A DNA stretch of 58,824 nucleotides, the filler included, from Trypethelium eluteriae (taxonomy: Eukaryota): NCBI GenBank assembly GCA_051942245.1. It is 3 parts of 3 records of this genome, joined end to end, with 100 filler letters (N's around TTAATTAATTAA, not from the genome) between each part and the next. Parts side by side here need not be neighbours in the genome. Positions count along the whole stretch, not along the records: positions 19,684 to 39,220 come from JAVECL010000524.1; 2 more parts are not named here. The stretch is one strand, 5' to 3'. The notes under the pieces are model-generated. The model saw only the letters and a program-made list of their open reading frames with translations. It was not told where the DNA came from and did no database searches. Shown here in pieces: positions 25,929 to 38,115 of the stretch. A program made the translations under genes and the position numbers. Numbering within the stretch: the stretch's first letter is position 1; every line of letters starts with the position of its first letter.

Positions 25929-26423
25929 TGTTACGACCCAGCCGCGTCAAGGCTGAACGCCATCTCCTTTGTACTTGCTGCAAGCGTTCCACAGACAGGT
26001 CGTAACGAGTAAAGGTTACGTAACTGATTAGTGGTGATAAGCCACAGATCAGGATAGAGCGATCTAGGGTGATCACCCATAGATCACAGGTTGTCACACT
26101 GATTAGTAGCAATTAACCCAAGATTAGTAAAGATTTGATTAGAGGGATAATAGCTATGATTAGGAAAATTATAAGTATATATATATAAGAGGGAATCAGC
26201 TTAATTAACTTCCTCACATTTTATTATTATACCAAAATTATACCTATAATTAATTACAAGCTAAATTAAATAAGTCCTTATTTATTGCTAAGTTATTTAA
26301 AGCTTAATAACCCTTCTTATATTATTAAATCCTTAATACTCTGCTTTTATATAAAAAATTCTAAGACTACTTTATATACCTGTTATAAGCTATGCTTATA
26401 TTAGGGGGTATAAGCTTATAATA
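25929..26423 (+). repeat. 5' LTR of element B
   Basis: Starts TGTTACGACCCAGCC and aligns end to end with the other two full LTRs, differing mostly by C>T/G>A. Confidence 0.92.
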
Positions 26424-29400
26424 TAATAAAACGCCCTTAAGGATAAGTTAATTAGGATTTACTCTATAGCCGGAGTCCTGTATTAAAGCCTTATTAAAGG
26501 AAGGTAAAGTGGGACAACCTAATAAGTACTTTAGGGAAAAAAGCAAGTTGGAAAAATAGCTATACTAAATCTAACTCTACTTTTTATTTAAAAAACTTCT
26601 AAACAGTTAATAAACTTTAATAGCCTTATTATACTTAAAAAGACAGGCTTAATATTAGATAAAACCCAAATTAATTTTATATTTTAATAATTTGGAGGAC
26701 CCTAATAATCTTTTTATAAAATTCCCTTAATTTAAAAGAGAGCTTAAATAAATTTTTAGGATCTTTAATAAAGTTAAGATAATAAAGTAAGCAGTTTAGA
26801 ATTTAATATAAAAAACTTTAATAATAGATTATGCAGCTAAATTCTAAAAGTATTTTAATAAATTAAAATAAAATAATAAAGCATTACAACCTATATATTA
26901 AAAAGGACTTAAGAATAATATTAAGAATAAGCTAATATGCTATAGCAGCTTTATTAATATATTGCAAAAACTTATTAATACCTTAATTAAACTGGATAAT
27001 AAACTTTACGCAAGGCGTATAAAAAAATAATTAGCCTTATATATTCTAACAGGAAGAATTAAAGGAATTACTTAGCATTATAATAATAATAAATTAATAA
27101 AAAGAGTTTAATACTCCAACCTTATACAAAGTAAGAAGGAAAGAAGTACCTAAATAAAAAAAAAATATTATGCTTATAAAAAACCAGGGCATATAATAAA
27201 AAACTGTTAATCCAAGAATAAAGTAAATTGCAGAGAAGAGTTTAATATAGCAACCTAAGTTTATTTAGGAGAAGATAAAATTATTATTAATAAACCAATA
27301 AGTAATAACAATATTAGGAACTTAGATATTTTTTAGTATTAGACAATTAATAATAAATTTAATGCAGAAAAAAAGAGTACTTTATGGGAAGAAGTTATTA
27401 ACCCTGCAAACAGTTAAAAGGACTTATAAGCACCCACATACACAATCCAAGGAAAAGAAGTAACTTAAGGAAGATATAAATATTACGTGCATTTGGTATC
27501 TAAAATAAAGGATTACTCAAATTATCAACTTTTAAGATAATATTTATTATAAGAATGCAATATTTATAAAGCATATATAAGTGTAAAACCTAAACTTTTA
27601 TTAACTATATAGGATTAAGAGCAAAGGAATTTTTAATATTAAAAAGAAGTCCACAAATTTTTATAATATCCCAACTATAATTAAATAATTAGATGGGAGG
27701 AATATTAAAATAATGTGTGTGTAAAGTATTAATAAGCAAAAAAATAGAATAAAAAAAAGCTATAATATTAATTTTAATATTTCACAGCATGTGGGATAAG
27801 GAATTATAAATTTTATTAAAAATAAGAAAGTAATTATAGCTTACTTAATAAAAAATTCTACAGAAAAAAAAAGACATACTTATACCACAGACTAGGCAGT
27901 AATATAGCTTAAGGAAGGAGCTAATCCCAATAGGGATTATGCCTAAAACTACCCTATAAACTATCCGTGTGTAAAATAATAAGCTGGCTAAAATGTGTTA
28001 ATACTGTGTGTGTTAAACACTGCCAAAAGCAAGCGGACTATTATGCAAAATATTAATGCAATAACCTAAATTATTATAAATATTACTTAGATTATAAAAG
28101 CATAAAACCGGAATAGCAGGAGTGCCATAAAACTGCTAAAAAGATAAGAGAAAAAAAGGAAAAAATTAATAACTTTTTATAAAGGGGTTATAAGCAAGTT
28201 GTAATGTAACATCCCCTAATAAAGCAATAATAAGATTATTTAAAATTAAGGTTAAGATTAAAAATTAGCAGGTTAAAGCAATAATTAATAATAATGCATT
28301 AATAAATATAATAACAGCAATAATTATTAAAAGGATTAAACTTAACACTAAGAAAAAAGAAAAGCTATATAATTTATATAAAGCTATTAAACCATAACTT
28401 ATAAGATAAGGATAAGTGGATATTAAAATAAAACTTATTTTTATAATTATATAAGGGCACATTAAAGAAATCCAATTTAATATTATAAATCTAATTAGGT
28501 ATAATATTATATTTGGATTATTATGGTTGTAAAATTATAACCTAAATATTAATTAAGAAATAGGGGAAATTACATTTTTTAGGTGCAAATACAGCATTAT
28601 ATAAGACCCCAAAAGAGCAGTAAATTGCTTTAGGGATAAAATAAGGACAAGTTATAATATAGCTTTAATACTAATAAATAAGGATAATTAAGAAGGATAA
28701 ACTGGATTTAGCATATCTAACACTTTAATAAAGGTAGAAGGTTAATTAAGGGATAACATAAAGCGTAAAAACGCTAAACTTATAATAATACCTCTTAAAT
28801 ATAAAAAGTATTTGCTACTTTTTAAAAAAGGGAGGGCAGAAAAAGTACTGCCTCCGCACTAATTATGGGATTATAAAATAAAATTAGAGCTAAGGAAGCA
28901 ACCTACTTTTAGACCTTTATATCCCCAGTTATAAAGAGAACTAAAGATGCTTTAAGAATAGCTAAAAGAAAAACTTAGGAAGGGATTTATTTAAAAATTA
29001 GAGTTTTTCGCAGGACATTTTATACTTTTTATTCCTAAGAAGAATAAAAAATTATAATTATGTATTAATTACTGGAAACTTAATGCTATTATAGTTAAAA
29101 ATAGGTATTTATTACCTAATACAGCAGAATTAAAAAACCGCCTAACCAGAGCAAAGTAACTTATATTATTAGATTAAAAAAATGCCTATAATTCCATCCG
29201 CATAAAGGAAGGTAAGGAATAAAAAACTATATTTAGAATAAAATATAGACTATTTAAATCCTTAATAATGCTGTTTGGATTAATAAATGTACCTGCGACC
29301 TATTAAGAATAGATTAATAATGCATTATAATTATATTTAAATATCTTTATAATTATATATCTTAATAATATACTAATTTATTCCAAAATAAAGGAAGAAT

Positions 29401-31579
29401 ATGTAAAGCATATAAAGATAATACTAAAATGTTTAAGGAAAAGGAATCTTAAATTATTACTAAAAAAGTATATTTTTTACTAAAAATAAGTAACATTCTT
29501 AGGATATGTAATAAAAAAAGATTAAATTTAAATAAAGCTAAAAAAGGTATAATTAATTTAAATATAGCTAAAGTTAATAAATATTAAGGGGGTTTAAAGT
29601 TTTTTAAAATTTATAAACTTTAACCAATAGTTTATCCCTAAATATTCTAAAAAAGTAAAACTATTTACAGACTTTATAAAGGGTAAGTAATTATTTAAAT
29701 AAGAACAGCTATAAAAAAGAGCCTTTAAAATTATTAAAGAAGAGATTATAAAAGACTTAGAATTAATAATCTGCAACTTAAAGTTATTACTAAAGCTTAA
29801 AATAGATACTTTAGATTTTATAATAAGCGCTTACTTACTGCAATGGGTAAATAAGAAGTAGAGACTAATAGGATACTACTTAAGAAAAATAACTCCTACT
29901 AAGTTAAATTATAATATTTATAATAAAGAGCTGCTAACAATAATAATAGCAATAGAATATTAGAGAGTGTATATTAAAGGAATACCTAAACTAAATATTT
30001 ATACTGATTATAAAAATTTATTAATATTTATAATAATAAAACAATTAAATTAATAATAAGTTAAATAGGCGGAACTCCTTAAATAATATAAGTTTATTAT
30101 ATATTACGCATTAAGAAAAAAAAATAGAAGAGCGGATACTTTAAGTTAATAAAAAGATTATTAAGGAAATAAAAGGGTGTATTAAGCAGTGTTTAAAAAA
30201 AAGGATAATAGCACTCTTAAAAATATTTCCTAAAAGTTTGGATTAATTTTTAATATCTTAAAAGATAAGAATAAATAATTCTTTATTATTACTTAAAAAT
30301 TACAAATTCTAAATAATAAAGTTAATTATTATATTTAAAGATATTAAAATAAACCACAATATAAATATCCTAAAGTTATACAAATACTTAAGAATATATC
30401 TTAAAACTGCATTTTTAATAATATAAAACAGAAAGTTTAAAGTTATATAGCAAAATGTAATTATTATAAAAGAAATAAGTATAATACCCAAAGAAGAAAA
30501 GGCACTATTTAATTAATTTAAGTATTAATAAAGCCTTAGGAGCAGATTATAATGGACTTTATTATAGACTTACCTGCATTAAAGCACCTAATAACCAGAA
30601 AAGTCTACACAGCAATTTATGTAACAGTATGCAGACTAATAAAGTATATAATATTAATTTTATTTAATAAAAAATATGGGATAAAGAAAACAGCATAAAT
30701 ACTCTTTAAAAGAGTAATATTATACTTTAAATTACCTATTTTAATAATATTAGACTAAGATAGAAGGTTTATAGCTAAGTTCTTCCAAATATTAATAGCA
30801 AACTTAAGAATTAAAACTAAGTTATTAATAGCATATTATAAGGAGACTAATAAATAAACTAAATGGATAAACTAATTATTAAAATAATTCTTAAGACACT
30901 ATATTAATAATTTATAAGATAATTGGGTATTATTATTACTTATAACATAATTGTGTATTAATATTAAAGAATCCAGTATAATAAAGTTTGTACTTATTTA
31001 AAGGTTAATAAAATATATATTACCATTGGTTTAATTAATACCTATTAAGGTAATATTAGTATTAAAAGAAGATTATGCAAAAATAATAAAATTAATATAT
31101 AATAAAATAGCTAAAAATATTAATAAAAGAAATAAAAATTTAATTTAAAATAATAAAAAAGTAAATAAACTTTAACTAAAAAAGGGGGATAAAGTATATT
31201 TACTTACAAAAAATTTAAAAATAAAAAGACCTTATAAAAAGCTTAATACAATAAAGGTTAATTTATTTATTATTAAAAAAAAAAAAAAATAAAGTTAATT
31301 ATAAGTTAAACCTTCTGCAGGATGCTTAAATTTACCCAGTATTTTATTTATCTTTATTAAAATTAGTAAATAAAAGCATATTATATGCAGAAATATTTAA
31401 TTATAAGTTAAAAAAAGAACATAAATTTAAAGTAAAAAAAATCCTATAAAAAGAAAGTAAAAAATACTTAATAAAATAAAAAGGATATCTAAATTTAAAA
31501 AATACTTAAAAAATAAAAACCACATTAGCTAAATATAAAAAAAAAATATAATAATATTAAAACTTAAAAAAAAAAACAT

Positions 31580-32083
31580 ACTATTAAAAAGAATCTAATT
31601 AAGTTAAAAGTTAATAAAAAAGGAGGTTAATTCCTTTATTAATATATCCCACATAATTTTAGGAATAATATAAAAAGGGTCTTACTTTTTAAGTAAAGCA
31701 ACCTCCTTAGGTTTTCCTTCCTTAAACTTAAGGTTTAGAATATTTTAAATCTTATTAAAAGCTAAGAATTATTAATATTTATAAAGGAACTCTAATTACT
31801 TTTATAAATAATTAATTTTAGTTATAAATTTTATTATTTTATTCTAAACCTAATTTATCTTATAATTAATTTTATTAAAGTTAACCTTAAAGAAGGCTAG
31901 ATTGCAAGAATAATTCCTTCTTACACACTCCAGATATTTTTAGGAATTAGGATTAATGCAGCAGTTTAATTTTTAACACATATAATTGCAGCAAGAACAT
32001 ATTATAATAAGAGCCTTATAAAGTTTAGTAATAAGATAGTAATAATAAAGTGTGGAAAAAGTAGGAATGCGGGCAGAAGCCAT
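31580..32083 (-). pseudogene. Antisense Zn2Cys6/coiled-coil ORF inside gypsy copy B (RIP-mutated)
   Basis: Retains ATG at 32083 (MASARIP...) and Cys 1, 3, 5 and 6 of the cluster at 31993-31904, complementing copy A. The 3' end is approximate. Confidence 0.7.
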
Positions 32084-32164
32084 AATAATTAAACATATTA
32101 TTAGCTGTTATATGTCCCACATCAGAACAACTGTCAGGCTAATAATTAAAAAGGGGAAAAGTAA

Positions 32165-32659
32165 TATTATAACCCAGCCGTGTTAAGGCTAAACACTATC
32201 TCCTTTATACTTACTGCAAGTATTCTATAAATAGGTTATAATAAGTAAAGGTCACATAATTAATTAGTAATAATAAGCCACAGATTAAAATAAAGCAATC
32301 TAGGGTGATTACCCACAGATTATAGGTTGTCACACTAATCAGTAATAATTAACCCAAGATCAGTAAAGATTTAATTAAAGGGATAACAGCTATAATCAAG
32401 AAAATCACAAGTATATATATATAAAAGGGAATCAGCTTAACTGACTTCCTCGCGTTTTATTATTATACCAAAATTATACCTATAGTTAGTTATAAGCCAA
32501 ATTAAACAAGTCCTTATTCATTGCTAAGTTGTTTAAAGCTTAGTAACCCTTTTTACATTATTGGATCCTTGACACACCGCTCCTACGTGAAAAACTCTGA
32601 GACCACTCTACGTACCTGCTACAAGCTGTGCTTGTACTAGGGGGTATAGGCTCATAACA
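32165..32659 (+). repeat. 3' LTR of element B
   Basis: Preceded by polypurine tract AAAAAGGGGAAAAG; ends CATAACA, followed by TSD ATAAT. Confidence 0.92.
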
Positions 32660-32664
32660 ATAAT

Positions 32665-33846
32665 AAATAGGAAGGCTTAAAGCAATAGGTTGATAACATA
32701 GCCTAGGCATCACACATAGTATGTAGCTGCATCCTAATTAATTACAACCTCTACTAAACACTTTTTAAGGCTCCTCACACAGGTATTGTTTAACAACACG
32801 TTGTTGCTAGTGTGGCAGCCAAGATTAGGTGTGATTGTGTAGGCTTAAAGGCAGTTAAAAATAAGCCTTACTTAGTATACACTAGAGTAATTATATTAGT
32901 ACTCCGGCAGTCCAATTAAGGCCTTACACAGCTTATAATCCTGATTAACCCACTGTATATATATAGTAAATAAGGCGTGACAGTAAGGTGAGGTCCAAAG
33001 GTCTGTTGATATATAGATTAGCCCAGCTGCTTTATACAGTAACCCTTTAATTTAACAACAATAGAGATTAAAGTTTGCTACAAATAAGCAGACACTCTAT
33101 TATCTGCTTAAAATAATCAGGTCTTTAATATTGGGGTTGTATATAAGGCAAAGCTCTTTAACCTCCTCCCACTCTATTATAAAAAATAGAACTTTTCACT
33201 GTGTAAACAGGCCAATAAGGACTGCCTTATACTGCTGCTTATTAAAGCTATTCTAAAGTATGACTAACATACTTATTATAGGAAAGAGGGAGGTAATTAT
33301 AAGCTAATTAATATGGTTATTTATTATATATTATAGGTGGCGCTTTTTTATATATAAAGTAGCATTTACCCTATTGCCATAAGACCAATTGGAACATAAT
33401 TAATATATATAAATATATCTACCCTTTGTTCTCCATTTATAATTTAATTAAAGGGGTATAATATAAGCTGGAGGTGTATTAGGATAGGTTTTTTGTATAT
33501 ATATATTAAAGGCGTTGGAGGTGGTAAAGATAGTGGCTATAGCTGTAGCAGTTAATAGAGGCGTAGAACTTTAAAGCAATATATTAAAAGGTTTAATAAG
33601 ACTACTACTAGCTTTAAAGAACAATATACTATAATATTATGTTATAAATCAACACGTAGGTGTGTTTAAGGAGGTAAACACTAAGGTGGGTATCACAACC
33701 TCGGCATATTAGCATGCTAAGACAGCTTATTTTGCATTATCAATCTAAGAGGGCCAAATTACGTTTCAATCTAAGGGCAATATAAGCTTAAAAGGCAAGA
33801 TAATATAATATAGCAAGATAAAGGCAAGATAACTTGCCCAGGTATG
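32665..33846 (-). mobile_element. hAT DNA transposon 5' part (transposase N-half and putative TIR), RIP-mutated
   Basis: Minus strand: ISTDLWTSP (~33010-32985), SNNVLLNNTC for GDNASSNDTC (~32810-32781), V*CLGYVINL for RCLGHVINL (~32715-32688). Repeated (G)GCAAGATA subterminal motifs and a CATACCTGGGCAAG terminus at 33846, where AT-richness ends. Confidence 0.82.
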
Positions 33847-33857
33847 GACTTATCAGG

Positions 33858-34378
33858 ATGAACGATCACGATGACCAGCAAAAATTGCTGGACAGCGAAG
33901 AATACCACTCTGATGAATTTTATCCAAATCTCACGACGAAATCAGATCAGAACCAGCGACAATCTCTCAAACCAAACACCTCAGCACATCACAGATGCAT
34001 ACAATGTGCTAGCAGACATGCTTTACCTATCATCACCGTACTCCTGATTATCTCGTTCGCATTCAATCTGATGCTTGTCTTTACGACCTTTCGATCTTCA
34101 ATACAAAGCGAAAATCCGCGTCTGAAGCTCAATGACCATTCGCAATACTGTGAGCATATCGAAGGATCAGTGTCCTCTCTAAGTCCGCGTCATTGGCTGG
34201 CGAGACTGTAGTGCAACTTCCAAGGAATATATCAAAAGAGCTGCCTTATCGGTCACCTTATTGGGGTCCAAATGAGACAGCTACGAATGAGCTCTGGAAC
34301 GACATTGAAATCCACCCAGGCTTCGTTGCTCTTGATAGAGAGTGGACCGATGACAGAGGTCTTCTGCAAGGCGACTCA
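33858..34378 (+). pseudogene. DUF3328/UstYa-like oxidase 5' fragment
   Basis: Exons 33858-34149 and 34212-34378: one N-terminal TM helix, then SPYWGPNETATNELWNDIEIHPGFVALDREWTDDRGL. The frame is cut by an LTR before any HxxHC motif. Confidence 0.62.
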
Positions 34379-34569
34379 TGTCAGAATTTTAGGTGGCAAT
34401 GATCGTCGAGGTCAAGATCTCTCTGTTCTTCTTATCTGGCTAGGAAATGAAGCTGTATATATACACCGTAACAACCCCTATATCTTCGGGATCTCATCCT
34501 TCTGCTTCCGAGAGTATTAGTCAGCTAAATGATCTAGAACTCTCTGATATAGCTAGGATAATATTGACA
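34379..34569 (+). repeat. Small solo LTR-like element copy 1 (~190 bp), no TSD
   Basis: TGTCA...TGACA termini, close match to 37431-37626; flanks ACTCA and GATCC differ. Confidence 0.8.
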
Positions 34570-36935
34570 GATCCCGACTGCTACAGGCTTGCCGATAATG
34601 GGACAGAAAATGGGATAAATGTATCTCCGGACGGCGAAGTGCTCGTCAGTCGGGAGGAGAAAGACTGTCTGGATCTTGAGAGAAGACCTATCTCCGGCTG
34701 GAACTGTGGCATATGGAAGAAATTACGAGCATATCCGTCCATTGTCTACAGACTCATCATATGCTGCTCCCTGGGTGCTATGATACAAGGATGGGACCAA
34801 ACTGTAGTCAATGGGGGTAAGTTATATCTTGAGCCCTGATGATCCTTTTCACTAAGACTGACAAACTTTAGCTCAGGTGTTCTACAGCAAGACTTTCCAT
34901 ATCAGTGATCCAACTAACCCCGAAGAGGCCGGCAAGCTCGGACTGGTGAATGCTGCATCACATTTGCTGGGTGCGATTGCTTGTCTGTACGTCGCATTGG
35001 CACTCTCGCACGGGTAGATGGGAAGGCATTACTAATGATACCCAGTTTCATTCATCAACTCAATCGCATCTTCCGGGACAGAAGAGGGGTCGTTCTCTTT
35101 ACGTGCATAGTGTCTGTGGTCTCTTGTCTGTGTCAGAGCTTCCCCAGCTCCTGGAAGGGTCTCTTCGCTGCTCGTTTGACTCTTGGTTTGGGTATTGGCC
35201 CCAAAAGGTATGCACAGGATGACCAAGACTTGGATTCCATGACCCCTGACCATACAAGTGCCACGATTCCCATCTACGCCTCTGAATGCACTCCTGCTCA
35301 GTTGAGAGGCGCACTTGTGATGATGTGGCAGATGTGGACTGCATTTGGCTTGATGTGTGGTTATCTCGCTGGAGCCATCTTTTGGCATCTTGGAGACCAA
35401 GATTGCAGAGATGAAGGCGATATAGCTCTCTCGTGTGTGAGTCCACTCTTACATCCGCAAATTTTTCCGTTAACTTGATTGCTGACAGCTGCTTGAAGAG
35501 TTGGAACTGGAGAGTCATGCTTGCTAGTCCTGTAAGTGCGCATATGGATCAGTAGGAATTCTGTACTAAACGTAGGCTGGATGGTGCTTCCAATCATCCC
35601 AATTCTATATATATACACTCTTCCTGAGTCACCACGTTTCCTCTTGCAGGCAGCTATTAGGGCCACGGAGCAGGAGCGCCGGGCAGAGTACGTCCGGGAT
35701 GCGTTTGCTTCGCTGATCAAATTGAATAAGACAAAGTTACAAGCGAGTCGGGAGCTTTTCGTAATTTATCGCAGTCTGAAGGAGGAACCAGACGATCCTT
35801 GGTACTCCTCAGTCAAAGAGCTTTGGACGAATCGGCGAACTCGCAATGCTTTAGTCGCGAGTGTCATTACCATGTTCCTACAGCAATTCTGTGGCGTCAA
35901 CGTTCTAGCCTACTACTCGACATCTGCGCTAGAGCCTCTCAAAGCCTTTGACTCCAAACCATATTATGTTAGTATTATTCTTTTCTCGAAAAGTGTATGT
36001 AAGGTAACTGACGTCAGGAATCCCTTGGACTTGGCGTTGTAAATGTCATTTTTACATTCCCGGCATTCTTGCTAATGGATACCTTTGGTAGACGCAGTTT
36101 ATTGCTCGTTACCTTCCCTTTGCTAGCTGCATCTCAATTCGTTATAGCTTTCGCACGGTCTGGTCGTCAACCTAATACCACACTCTCAGTGATTGGTATG
36201 TACTTATTTTTTGCCTTCTACTCAGTTGCAGAAGGGCCCGTACCATTCGTGAGGTTACTTTCTCAATGCACTTCAAAGACTGCAATCACGCCTGACAAGA
36301 AATTCTCCAGGTCTATGCTTCCGAGAGTATGCCCCTTTACCATCGCGACTACGGTTTGTACCCTGATTCCCTGAGAGATCTAATTTCAGAGAATGTACTA
36401 AAACTGAATAATGTAGGCATGGGGATTGTGACCTGTATCGGCTGGCTCTTCAACTTTCTTCTAGGCGTAACCTGGCCAAGATTCTTGATAGTATTTCATC
36501 ACTGTGGCGCATTCGCCTGGTATGGATCATGGTGTATTATCGGCTGGTTCTTAATCTTCTTGTAGGTATTCTCAAACAAGAGTGGCTGACCTGACTTATG
36601 TGGCATTTAGCTTCGTTCGAGAAACCAAAGGCATGAAACTCGAAGCCATGGGAGCCGTATTTAAAGCCCCGACCTCGTTGCATCTCGACTATGCGCGAAA
36701 AGAGCTTTATTGGGCGTGGAAGCGCTGCTTGAAACCTGCGAAACAGTTCGACAAACCGAGCTTCTTCCAAATGGTCGAGGATTGGGATTTACAGCAGAGG
36801 AAGTCCCAAACGGAAAGCCAGACGACATCAACAGGTCAAAACGAAAGTTTTACCCCAGATACCAACAATGGCACTGCTGGTCGACACACTTTCGATGCTA
36901 TCAATGAGCCGAGCCACGGGAGCCGTCCGACCTAG
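34447..36935 (+). CDS. MFS sugar porter (inositol/polyol transporter-like); native 5' end replaced by LTR sequence
   Basis: Multi-exon with motifs GAMIQGWDQTVVNG, GLGIGPK, PIYASEC, LPESPRFL, LQQFCGVN, DTFGRR, EGPVPF, RETKG. The only in-frame ATG upstream of TM1 (34447) lies inside the LTR. Confidence 0.8.
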
Positions 36936-37430
36936 GGCTGGGAAAGAGGTATTATTATTCATCAAGATCTGCAAGCAATGCTCTTGGTAAACTTAATGGC
37001 CGTTTGCATTCTGGAGTAAATTTAAGTGTTTTGCGCCGCGTTCACCACGGTGATAAGTTCGATAGACTGAAGAATTGGGTTCGATGTTTACTGAGACCAT
37101 GAATTGCCCTATCGTTACCGTTGGAAAGGCAGAAGGGATGACACTTGTCATTCACCAATTGGCCGCCTTGCAAAGCTTTTCACTCCAAGCTTTCCGTATA
37201 GGCTTTTTCGTTCCACTTGGCGTGCACGCGAGATCCGCCTGCAAATCATGCCTTGGGAAGAAGAATGCCTAATCGGGCATGCACGATTCAAGATGCTGGA
37301 GTGACATACCCTTATATACTAATCGGTGAACCACTTCTAATAATGTCAGACGGCCAAATCTAGCGAGGCAACCTGACTGCGTTAGAGGTATCGAGCATAG
37401 CTTCAGCCTTAAGTCATTTCTCACAATTCC

Positions 37431-37626
37431 TGTCAAAGTTCCAGGTAGGAAATGATTGTAAAGGTTAAGATCTCTCTCTCTCTCTCTCCTATCTGGCTAG
37501 GAAATGAAGCTGTATATATACACCGTAACAACCCCTGTATCTTCGGGATCTCATCCTTCTGCTTCCGAGAGTATTAATCAGCTAAATGACCTAGAACTCT
37601 CTGATACAGCTAGGATAATATTGACA
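37431..37626 (+). repeat. Small solo LTR-like element copy 2 with 5-bp TSD
   Basis: TGTCA...TGACA termini; ATTCC duplicated at 37426-37430 and 37627-37631. Confidence 0.85.
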
Positions 37627-38115
37627 ATTCCCTCCACTATAATTCTATCCTACTACGCAGACCAAACGCCCTAATTTCCACATCTTGTGATCTTCGGTCC
37701 GCCCACTCCCTTCACTTCCGTCAAGGGTCAGTTCTTTATTCGATGTTGAAGGTCAATCAGGGAGGTGTTGTGTTCCCTTGTGATGGCTGTGATCTTTGGC
37801 CGAGTGGTCCATGTAGTAGTCACTCGTTTCTTGTAATAACTCAGGGGAACAGCGTCATGTGAGGGCCGTCAGATTTTCTGATCACCAAGAGTCTTTTTGC
37901 TCGCTGAACCATTTTAACCTCAAGTGCGAGTCTAATCATAGATTCTCGCTTCTCCACAACCGACCTATTGAGTGCCGCGATACGCAAGCAGGAGCTATCT
38001 CCACTCCCTACATACCTTACATCGTTCTCAGGCCAAGACTTTTCAAATTCCTGGCTCCGGTTCTGTCAACAAGAAGAACACAGCAATATCAGAGAGTGGG
38101 GCGGGCAATCAAGCA

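Larger units (their letters stand above)
25929..32659 (+). mobile_element. Full-length Ty3/gypsy chromovirus copy B (6731 bp, RIP-inactivated)
   Basis: 495-bp LTRs at 25929-26423 (TGTTACGA...) and 32165-32659 (...CATAACA); 5-bp TSD ATAAT at 25924-25928 and 32660-32664; gag-PR-RT-RH-IN-chromodomain order collinear with copy A. Confidence 0.95.

Noticed and set aside
20179..30491. Ile/Leu/Tyr-rich short ORFs in the AT-rich block as membrane proteins
   Set aside because: They are RIP-degraded gag/pol pieces or chance antisense frames.
1203..34378. Ustiloxin-like RiPP cluster (monooxygenase, MFS, S41 peptidase, DUF3328)
   Set aside because: No Kex2-repeat precursor seen; the DUF3328 fragment is >26 kb away across an assembly gap, and both it and the MFS gene are broken.
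34379..37626. One LTR retroelement that captured the sugar transporter
   Set aside because: Copy 2 has its own ATTCC TSD on both sides, the outer flanks of the pair do not match, and the gene retains introns.
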